From positions 1 to 64,000 of the IMG/VR virus record IMGVR_UViG_3300031555_006395: a DNA stretch of 64,000 bases, one strand, 5' to 3'. This stretch comes from a virus (taxonomy: Duplodnaviria > Caudoviricetes). The position numbers and the translations under genes are program-made. Below are positions 55,447 through 62,787 of this stretch, in pieces. Positions within the stretch are counted from its first letter, which is position 1; every line of letters begins with the position of its first letter. A model generated the notes under the pieces. That model made no database searches. It saw only the letters and a list, made by a program, of their open reading frames with translations, and was not told the origin of the DNA.

Positions 55447-55788
55447 ATGGAAACAATTAAACGAGGAGATATTTATTATGCAGATCTTAGCCCCGTTGTT
55501 GGATCTGAGCAGGGAGGGACCAGACCAGTAATTGTATTACAAAACAATACCGGCAACCGTTTTTCTCCAACAATTATCGTTGCTCCGTTTACCAGTAATA
55601 AAGGGAAAAAGATGCTGCCAACACATCTTTTGATGAAAAGCGAAGAAACGGGATTGCCGAAGGATTCCATCGTCCTGCTCGAACAGGTGAGATCAATCGA
55701 TAAAAGTCGATTGGTTAGCGAAAACGTTGGAAAGATTCGGAATTTGGATACTTTAAATGAAATCATTAAAGTAGCTTTTTTTGGGTAA
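55447..55788 (+). CDS. mazF: MazF/PemK endoribonuclease (NdoA-like), no adjacent antitoxin
   Basis: KRGDIYYADLSPVVGSEQGGTRPV...NRFSPT...LLEQVRSIDKSRL. Confidence 0.95.
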   Translation: METIKRGDIYYADLSPVVGSEQGGTRPVIVLQNNTGNRFSPTIIVAPFTSNKGKKMLPTHLLMKSEETGLPKDSIVLLEQVRSIDKSRLVSENVGKIRNLDTLNEIIKVAFFG

Positions 55789-55848
55789 TCAATAATAAAA
55801 TTGATTACATCGATTTATAATAAAATGAAGCGCTATGCCGCTTCATAT

Positions 55849-55940
55849 GGGAAGTTGGCTGAGTGGTTGAAAGCGGCGGTCTTGAAAACCGCTGATGGAG
55901 TCAAATCCATCCGAGGGTTCGAATCCCCCACTTCCCGCCA
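55849..55940 (+). tRNA. tRNA-Ser(TGA)
   Basis: Long variable arm, CT-TGA-AA loop, G73, CCA. Confidence 0.95.
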
Positions 55941-55943
55941 AAT

Positions 55944-56019
55944 GCGGTCGTAGCTCAAATGGCGGAGCATCTGCCTTCCAAGCAGAGGGTTGCGAGTTCG
56001 ATTCTCGTCGGCCGCTCCA
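55944..56019 (+). tRNA. tRNA-Gly(TCC)
   Basis: CT-TCC-AA loop, CCA. Confidence 0.95.
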
Positions 56020-56038
56020 ATAACAAGGGAGGGTTAAT

Positions 56039-56908
56039 ATGAAAATTCAGTCCTTATCGGTTGTAGTACCGGCAAAACAATGCATTAATAATTGTAAATT
56101 TTGTGTAGCCAGAATGAAAGAAGAGCCCTATAAAAATCAATTCGATGCAAATCTTCCGTTTTATCATCTCTATCAGGATGATTACTTAAAACGATTGGCA
56201 TTTGCTAGAGATAATGGTTGTAATACGGTGATGCTTACCGGCAATGCTGAGCCGCAACAGAATAGAGCTTTTCTAAAAGATTTTGGAACACTAAACAGAC
56301 AATTGGAAAGACCCTTCCGATGGATAGAGATGCAGACCACAGGGAGATTGTTGGATGATCCGTATCTTAGATTTTTAAGAAACCATGTGGGTGTTTCTAC
56401 AATTTCGCTCTCAATTTGCTCCTTTGATGATATAAAAAACGGAGAAATCTGCCAAATGAAAGAACCTGTGGATCTGCATTATCTCTGCCATGAAATTAAA
56501 CGATATGATTTTAATCTTAGAATTTCTGTGAACTTAACCGATGCGTTCAACCATATGGGCGCAGAAGAAATTATTGATTATTGTAAAAATGAGTTGAAAG
56601 CAGATCAGATTACATTTCGTGTATTATATCAGTCTGATGGGAATACCGACCAAGATAAGTGGATTGATGAGCACGCTGCCAAACCAAAGCTAATTGAAGA
56701 AATCAAAGAATATATTCGGAGATTCGGCAGACCTTTGGAACGTTTGGTTTTTGGCGCAATGAAATATTCGATTAAGGGAATGTCTGTTGTTTTGGACGAT
56801 GATTGTATGGCTACAGCGACAGATAAAGAAGAGCTGAAATACTTAATCCTTCGTCCTAATTGTAAACTTTATAGTAAGTGGGATGATCCGGCAAGTTTGA
56901 TTTTTTAG
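56039..56908 (+). CDS. Radical SAM protein
   Basis: CINNCKFC (CxxxCxxC); MLTGNAEP. Confidence 0.88.
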   Translation: MKIQSLSVVVPAKQCINNCKFCVARMKEEPYKNQFDANLPFYHLYQDDYLKRLAFARDNGCNTVMLTGNAEPQQNRAFLKDFGTLNRQLERPFRWIEMQTTGRLLDDPYLRFLRNHVGVSTISLSICSFDDIKNGEICQMKEPVDLHYLCHEIKRYDFNLRISVNLTDAFNHMGAEEIIDYCKNELKADQITFRVLYQSDGNTDQDKWIDEHAAKPKLIEEIKEYIRRFGRPLERLVFGAMKYSIKGMSVVLDDDCMATATDKEELKYLILRPNCKLYSKWDDPASLIF

Positions 56909-56916
56909 GGGGATTT

Positions 56917-57189
56917 ATGATGTTGACGAATTATGATGTTATTAAATCTATGAGCGGAAAAGATCTTCAATTATTTTTAGATGTTGTTTATTGTGCCGGC
57001 TTAAATATTGGCGGTTATGCCGCGACTCTTCCGGAAGGTGAACAATGCGAAATCCTCGCTGATTCTCCTTTTAATGACTGGCTCTTTGAAGCTGCTGAAG
57101 AAGCGTTTGGGGTTGATGGAAATTGTTATTGCAAACCATACTTAAAAACTGTTATGAAAGCTGCGAGGATTCAAGATGACGAAAATTGA
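56917..57189 (+). CDS. Small hypothetical protein
   Basis: MTNYDxIKSM start pattern; GGGGG site. Confidence 0.6.
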   Translation: MMLTNYDVIKSMSGKDLQLFLDVVYCAGLNIGGYAATLPEGEQCEILADSPFNDWLFEAAEEAFGVDGNCYCKPYLKTVMKAARIQDDEN

Positions 57190-57439
57190 AGAAAGTTTTT
57201 TTGAAGCGCTTCGTTATGCTGCAGATCGCGATATGTTGGTAAACATACAAACATATAAAGGAAAATTCTTTTGCCATGTCCAATATGATAAAAAAATAGA
57301 AGGATATGCAGGTTTTTCTCACAATCATTCTTTTCAAGAACAAGATTTGAATCTGATAAACCTGATACATTCGATTCGTTCTTCTACGGATATGATTTTA
57401 GAAAGAGTTAAGTTAAGTCAGCAATTAGATCATGATTAA
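57176..57439 (+). CDS. Small hypothetical protein
   Basis: Coupled to the upstream gene. Confidence 0.55.
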   Translation: MTKIEESFFEALRYAADRDMLVNIQTYKGKFFCHVQYDKKIEGYAGFSHNHSFQEQDLNLINLIHSIRSSTDMILERVKLSQQLDHD

Positions 57440-57557
57440 AAATTTGGTGCTGTTTTTACATAACAGTTAAATGTCCAGTAAGGCTAAATATCATATGGAG
57501 TCGCCAAGTGATCCGTGATAATCCTAAATGGTATAAAAGAGGAAACAGCCAATTTAT

Positions 57558-57636
57558 GCACCATTAGCTCAGTTGGTTAGAGCAGCGGCCTTATAAGCCG
57601 TGTTTGTCCAGAGTTCGAATCTCTGATGGTGTACCA
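57558..57636 (+). tRNA. tRNA-Ile(TAT) copy 1
   Basis: GCGGC-CTTATAA-GCCGT, enlarged variable loop, CCA. Confidence 0.88.
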
Positions 57637-57762
57637 ACCTCTCACTTGATTAGCTGCTAGGAGAGTGAGTCTCATTGCGTGAAGGCTACATGATGAATGA
57701 GGGTGTAAGCTAAGGAAAACCTTACAATGGATAGGTACCATAACAAATCCTGTCCACCTTAT

Positions 57763-57837
57763 GGAGATAAAAGGGACTCATAAGGCTGACGAAAAGTGTA
57801 GGCACTGAGGGTGGCTCGACTCCACCTATCTCCACAA
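57763..57837 (+). ncRNA. tRNA-like / tmRNA-TLD-like mini RNA
   Basis: 7-bp acceptor GGAGATA/TATCTCC, T arm GGTGG-CTCGACT-CCACC, no canonical D or anticodon arm, ends ACAA. Confidence 0.55.
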
Positions 57838-57841
57838 ATAC

Positions 57842-57915
57842 TGTCAGTTAGTATAAAGGTAGTACACAAGACTTTGACTCTTGTAGAGTGGGTTCGAGTC
57901 CTACACTGACAACCA
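57842..57915 (+). tRNA. tRNA-Gln(TTG) copy 1
   Basis: CAAGA-CTTTGAC-TCTTG, T1-A72, CCA. Confidence 0.9.
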
Positions 57916-57916
57916 A

Positions 57917-58074
57917 TTGGTCTATGTTGTTATCTGAACGATAGAGACCTGTCCTCGTAGTACAGCATCGAGTGGGGAACGACAAGCCTACACGTTGAAT
58001 AGTGTTCGTACAGGTGTTTTGTTGAACAAGCAGTAGGTTAAGAATAAACACCGTGGGAACTACGAGAGTGCCAA
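57917..58074 (+). ncRNA. Candidate structured RNA with pseudoknot
   Basis: CTCGTAGT/ACTACGAG, GGTGTTT/AAACACC, GCCTAC/GTAGGT. Confidence 0.5.
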
Positions 58075-58078
58075 ATAT

Positions 58079-58153
58079 ATTGGTGTAGTTTATCTGGTAA
58101 AACGGCGGTCTCCAAAACCGTTGATGAGAGTTCGAGTCTCTCCACCTTAGCCA
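58079..58153 (+). tRNA. tRNA-Trp(CCA) with a broken acceptor stem
   Basis: Intact D, anticodon and T arms and CCA; pairs 1-3 of the acceptor are mismatched (ATT vs TTA). Confidence 0.75.
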
Positions 58154-58290
58154 GTGGGGGCAGAGAGCAAATGTCCACCAGCCCCAGTGTCAAGTGAACA
58201 AAATAGCATTAATTGTGCACGTTAATGTTATTAGTAGCAAGACAGGCCAAGAGAGGTGGGATGTGTGGTTGCCGGTGAATCCTAAAACCG
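58154..58290 (+). ncRNA. Candidate structured RNA
   Basis: GGGGC/GCCCC, 11-bp AATAGCATTAA/TTAATGTTATT, TCCACC/GGTGGG pseudoknot, CGGT/ACCG. Confidence 0.45.
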
Positions 58291-58297
58291 AAGATAC

Positions 58298-58373
58298 GCA
58301 CCACTAACTCAATGGTTAGAGTACCCGGCTTATATCCGGTTAGTTCAAGGTTCGAGTCCTTGGTGGTGTACCA
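58298..58373 (+). tRNA. tRNA-Ile(TAT) copy 2
   Basis: CCGG-CTTATAT-CCGG, CCA. Confidence 0.88.
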
Positions 58374-58384
58374 ACATACTTCTT

Positions 58385-58450
58385 ATATCATGTTCCTTTC
58401 ATTTTCATGTTGACAAATCGGAAAGACGGTTGACGGTGGGACAGACCACA
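58385..58450 (+). ncRNA. Candidate sRNA: pyrimidine tract plus twin hairpins
   Basis: TTCCTTTC then ATCG-GAAAGA-CGGT and GTGG-GACAGA-CCAC. Confidence 0.45.
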
Positions 58451-58455
58451 ACTAT

Positions 58456-58531
58456 GTCCTTGTAGCCCAACGGCAGAGGCAGAAGTCTCAAAAACTTCTT
58501 AGTGTGGGTTCGAATCCCACCAAGGACACCA
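58456..58531 (+). tRNA. tRNA-Leu(CAA), short variable arm
   Basis: GAAGT-CTCAAAA-ACTTC, CCA. Confidence 0.9.
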
Positions 58532-58549
58532 ATTCTCCGTGGACATAAT

Positions 58550-58966
58550 AATCGGATGGGTTTTAGGAGGTCCATAAACGAAGCCCCTCAAGCCAAAATG
58601 TTGTAATTGCGGACAGATAATATCACTGCCCAAAAGTTTGGTATTTGATGATATTCGTGGAAGCTACGATAGTGTCAACTTCCCAACATACTCTCATGCG
58701 TGGGTGAAATAAGAAGAGAGAGCGTGGAAACTACGTAAGTGCCAATCACAGCTAAGACTTTGACCGAAGCAACCCAAAAACTTTGGCAGATGTAACAGCT
58801 GTACTATTTGGATAGCTTCCAAATGATGTGTGAGATTATCGGCTTACCACACAGAGAATGAAAATGTCCGCTGAAAACTGCGGAGCAATCGGGTATACAC
58901 GGTTGTTTGCGAACGAAACCTTTACTCTCAAATAGACGATGTGACAATCTAAGCGGGAAGCCGATT
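58550..58966 (+). ncRNA. Candidate large ornate ncRNA (~415 nt)
   Basis: Closing AATCGG/CCGATT, long-range GCGGACA/TGTCCGC and CTGCC..AAAGTTT/AAACTTTGGCAG, several local hairpins, no credible ORF. Confidence 0.6.
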
Positions 58967-58971
58967 TATAT

Positions 58972-59048
58972 GCTCCCATAGTCCAATTGGCAGAGACAGA
59001 GGACTTAAAATCCTTACAGTGTGGGTTCGAATCCCACTGGGAGTACCA
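58972..59048 (+). tRNA. tRNA-Leu(TAA), short variable arm
   Basis: GAGGA-CTTAAAA-TCCTT, CCA. Confidence 0.9.
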
Positions 59049-59163
59049 TATCATTAAATCACCAGTCGAACAAAGGAAAGCCTTTAGTGGGTCGTGAGTT
59101 ACCTTAAGATCCTATTTAGCGGTTGAGAAAAGCGAAGTACAAGCCAGGTGAGCCGCCATATAT

Positions 59164-59238
59164 TCTGGGTTGGTGTAATTGGTAACACAACGGACTTTGG
59201 ATCCGTTATTGGGAGTTCGAATCTTCTACCCAGAACCA
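59164..59238 (+). tRNA. tRNA-Gln(TTG) copy 2
   Basis: ACGGA-CTTTGGA-TCCGT, T1-A72, CCA. Confidence 0.88.
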
Positions 59239-59263
59239 TTTTTATATTAGGAGGGAATTACAT

Positions 59264-59494
59264 ATGGCAATGAAACCGCAACAGTTACAAGAGTTTGAAA
59301 AAATGGTGCATGACAAAATGAAACAGGTATACAACGATGGAATGACTGTGGGCGCAAAAGCAATTATGTCTGCTATTAATGATATGATTGAGCGTGGAAA
59401 AGGTCGGCCTTGCAAAATGATTCTTTCTGAAATCAAAAGCTTTGTCAGCACCGCCGTAAGGGAGGAAAACGATGAGAATACTTCTGCTTCTTAG
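59264..59494 (+). CDS. Small hypothetical protein
   Basis: AGGAGG site. Confidence 0.7.
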   Translation: MAMKPQQLQEFEKMVHDKMKQVYNDGMTVGAKAIMSAINDMIERGKGRPCKMILSEIKSFVSTAVREENDENTSAS

Positions 59495-61688
59495 AGGTAG
59501 TCCTGGTTGTGGAAAAACGACTTGGATTGAAAAAAATGGTTTAAAACCATACACTCTGTCTGCCGACGATATTCGCATGATGTGCCAAAGCCCAATTTTA
59601 ACTGTTAATGGCGGCGAAGCAATTGATCAAACGAACGATAAATTGGTTTGGCAGACATTATTTAAATTACTTGAAAATCGAATGGAAAAGGGCGCTTTCA
59701 CGGTAATCGATGCAACAAATTCTAAAACGACTGAAATGAATCGGTATAAAACTTTATGTGAGACATATCGCTATCGTATTTATTGTGTCGATTTTACTGA
59801 TATCCCTATTGATGAAGCAAAACGCAGAAATAAATGCCGTCCTTTATCGAAAGTCGTTCCTGAAGAAGTAATCGATAAAATGTATTCCAGATTTGCAACT
59901 CAGAAAATACCCTCTGGCATTAAAGTAATTCGTCCTGACGAATTAGACTCTATTTGGATCCACAAAATTGATCTTTCGCAATACAATAAAGTCCATATGA
60001 TTGGCGATATTCATGGGTGTTGCACTGTATTAAAAGAATATATGGATGCAAATTGGAATGAAAATGATTTTTATATTTTTTGCGGAGATTATATCGATCG
60101 TGGCATTGAGAACGTACAGGTAATTAATTATCTGCTTTCTATTTATACCAAGCCTAATGTTTTATTATTAGAGGGTAACCATGAACGATGGCTTCAGATA
60201 TATGCTCATGGAGGAGCAACCAGGTCACAAGAATTTGAAACGCATACAAGAGCCCAGTTAGATGCAGCCAATTTCGACAATCGACAGCTCCGGCAGCTAT
60301 ACAGGAAACTTGGACAATGCGCTTACTTTTCCTTCGGTGACTACACTTATCTTGTAACGCATGGTGGCTTAAGCCAAATTCCAATCAATCTCAGTTTAGT
60401 TCCTACACATCAAATGATTCATGGAGTTGGCAGCTACAGTGATTATGAAAAGGTTGCCGACACTTTTTATTATTGTACCCCTGAGAAAACCTATCAGGTT
60501 TTTGGGCATCGAAATATTAAAAATGCTCCTATTCAATTAAACGATAAAGTATTTGATCTCGAAGGTGGAGTTGAGTTTGGCGGATCTTTGCGATGTGTCC
60601 AATTTGCGAAAGATGGATCTTTTGAAACATTTTCAATAAAGAATAATGTGTATCGTCAAACTGAATCAAAACCTCAAGAGGTATCGAATAATAAAACCGT
60701 TGCCGACATTATTGTTGAGTTCCGAAATAATAAGTATATCAAGGAAAAGAAGTTTGGTAATATATCATCTTTTAACTTTACCCCTACAGCGTTTTATGAA
60801 AAGATTTGGGATTCTCAAACTATTAAGGCCAGAGGACTATATATCGATATTGAAAAACAAAAAGTAGTTGCACGCAGCTATGAAAAGTTTTTTAGAATTA
60901 ACGAGCGGCCGGAAACGAAGTTGGAGATGTTGCAGTATAAACTTCAATTTCCAATTAGCATTTATGTTAAAGAAAATGGATTTTTGGGAATTGTTAGCTA
61001 CGACGAGTATAAAGATGATCTGTTTGTAACAACGAAATCTGATCCTACCGGTGATTACGCAGAATGGTTAAAGGCTATGTTATGCGAGAAATTATCGGAT
61101 CAACAGAGATTACAGTTAAAGGAATACTGCAAACAGCATAATGTTTCCTTTATTTTCGAATGTGTTGATATGAAAAACGATCCTCATATCATCGAGTACC
61201 AAGACAATCAACTGTATTTGTTGGACATTATAAAAAACGCAATTACATTTGAAAAATTGCCATATGAGGATCTTTGTCATGTTGGTCATAGTATTGGACT
61301 GCTTGTTAAAACGAAAGCTTGCGATATATGCACTTGGCAGGAGTTTTACGATTGGTATCATGAGGTCAACTTAGAGGATTATGAATATAATGGCGCACCG
61401 GTCGAGGGTTTTGTTATTGAGGATTCGAAAGGATATATGGTAAAGGTAAAACTTCATTATTATAACTTTTGGAAATTCATGAGAGGCATCTCCCATGAAA
61501 CCCTTCGGAAAGGATATATTTCAAAAACATCTTCATTAACATCAGCGCTGGCGAATCAATACTACGGGTGGCTTAAATCTATTTATGATCCACAGAATCG
61601 TGATCAAATACCGAAAGATATTATTACATTAAGAAAAATGTTTTATATCGCAATGGCTGAAAAGGAGGGGTTTTCCAATGATTGTTAA
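59472..61688 (+). CDS. RNA repair enzyme: polynucleotide kinase + metallophosphatase + Rnl1-type ligase
   Basis: GSPGCGKT P-loop and DATN; GDIHG, GDYIDRG, GNHE; ligase KENG, FE, EGFVI and VKVK. Confidence 0.92.
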   Translation: MRILLLLRGSPGCGKTTWIEKNGLKPYTLSADDIRMMCQSPILTVNGGEAIDQTNDKLVWQTLFKLLENRMEKGAFTVIDATNSKTTEMNRYKTLCETYRYRIYCVDFTDIPIDEAKRRNKCRPLSKVVPEEVIDKMYSRFATQKIPSGIKVIRPDELDSIWIHKIDLSQYNKVHMIGDIHGCCTVLKEYMDANWNENDFYIFCGDYIDRGIENVQVINYLLSIYTKPNVLLLEGNHERWLQIYAHGGATRSQEFETHTRAQLDAANFDNRQLRQLYRKLGQCAYFSFGDYTYLVTHGGLSQIPINLSLVPTHQMIHGVGSYSDYEKVADTFYYCTPEKTYQVFGHRNIKNAPIQLNDKVFDLEGGVEFGGSLRCVQFAKDGSFETFSIKNNVYRQTESKPQEVSNNKTVADIIVEFRNNKYIKEKKFGNISSFNFTPTAFYEKIWDSQTIKARGLYIDIEKQKVVARSYEKFFRINERPETKLEMLQYKLQFPISIYVKENGFLGIVSYDEYKDDLFVTTKSDPTGDYAEWLKAMLCEKLSDQQRLQLKEYCKQHNVSFIFECVDMKNDPHIIEYQDNQLYLLDIIKNAITFEKLPYEDLCHVGHSIGLLVKTKACDICTWQEFYDWYHEVNLEDYEYNGAPVEGFVIEDSKGYMVKVKLHYYNFWKFMRGISHETLRKGYISKTSSLTSALANQYYGWLKSIYDPQNRDQIPKDIITLRKMFYIAMAEKEGFSNDC

Positions 61689-62787
61689 AAAGGAAGGCCC
61701 CTTTCTGATTTTTGATTTTGAAGACGGTAAAAAAGTAAAATACAATTTTGCAACCAAAGAGTGTATTGGGAAAAGCGGCAAAGTTGTTCATGATTTAAAA
61801 AGTCAATTAAAGGGCATTTCGATTCGTGAGATATGTGATTGTTGCGAAGATACAAACTACGGTAACTATTTACGTTACGTTTATGAACGAGAGTCATATA
61901 TCCGTAATATTGGCACTGTTTTAGAAAGAAGTAGATTTTATGCTCAAAAAGAACAGTTTTTCTCGGCAGGAATCAAAAAAATTTCTTCAAATTTTCATAA
62001 AACAATATCTGATGTACCGAAAGGATTAATTAAAATACATCGTGAAACGGGGCTTACATTAACAAATGAAGCCCTTGGTACATACTTATTGGAGCCGGAT
62101 GCGTACAATATTGCTTTTTCATTGCAGTATGATACTTTAACCGATAATCAAGTTTATACAGCTCTAACTGCTGGATTTTGGAGCAGTTATCATGGCGGAA
62201 CGACACCATCATATTTTGTAAAACTAATGCGAGAGTATCATTATAATGCCAAAAGCTTGCTTCTTTATATTGACCATCTTGCTACTTACGAAGCTATTGA
62301 TGATATAAATCATCTTTGTAGAGAACTCTGTGATTATTGTCGAATGATGACCTCAATCAGCGCCAAATTTGAAAAATATCCAAGAAACTTTTTAACAACT
62401 CATCGGATTGCGGTTCGCAATTATAATCGATTGCGTCAGGTGTTTGAAGAGGAGAAATTCCAAAATCGAATCAACGAAAAAATGGAATATCGATACAAGG
62501 ATTTTCAATTTTTGTATCCGAAATCTACTGCAGATATTAAAACTGAAGCAGCTCAACAAAGTAATTGTGTCGCTAGTTATATTCAAAAAGTAATCGATGG
62601 CGAATGCGATATCCTCTTTTTGAGAAAAACAAAAGATTTGTCCGAAAGTTTGGTTACCATTGAGGTGAAAAATAACAAAGTTGTTCAAGCGAGAGGTCGT
62701 TTTAATAGAATGACTACGCCGGAAGAAGATGATGTTATTGAAAAATATAATCTGTATTTAAGAAAGGAGTTTGCCTGTGCTAGTTAA
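61678..62787 (+). CDS. PcfJ-like protein
   Basis: EAAQQSNCVASY...ILFLRK...LVTIEV...QARGRFN. Confidence 0.82.
   Translation: MIVKKEGPFLIFDFEDGKKVKYNFATKECIGKSGKVVHDLKSQLKGISIREICDCCEDTNYGNYLRYVYERESYIRNIGTVLERSRFYAQKEQFFSAGIKKISSNFHKTISDVPKGLIKIHRETGLTLTNEALGTYLLEPDAYNIAFSLQYDTLTDNQVYTALTAGFWSSYHGGTTPSYFVKLMREYHYNAKSLLLYIDHLATYEAIDDINHLCRELCDYCRMMTSISAKFEKYPRNFLTTHRIAVRNYNRLRQVFEEEKFQNRINEKMEYRYKDFQFLYPKSTADIKTEAAQQSNCVASYIQKVIDGECDILFLRKTKDLSESLVTIEVKNNKVVQARGRFNRMTTPEEDDVIEKYNLYLRKEFACAS

Noticed and set aside
58154-58215. Theta/HDV-like ribozyme after tRNA-Trp
   Set aside because: P1 cannot form cleanly from G+1 and no P2 partner was found; kept only as an unassigned structured RNA.
58550-58966. 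Assignment of the large RNA as RNase P RNA or a group I intron
   Set aside because: Only short resemblances (AAGTGCC, AACCCAAA, TTGCGG); the RNase P P4 helix and the group I R/S elements could not be placed, and there is no interrupted exon.
57848-59054. Minus-strand ORFs 57848-58051 and 58836-59054
   Set aside because: They overlap tRNA genes on the opposite strand.
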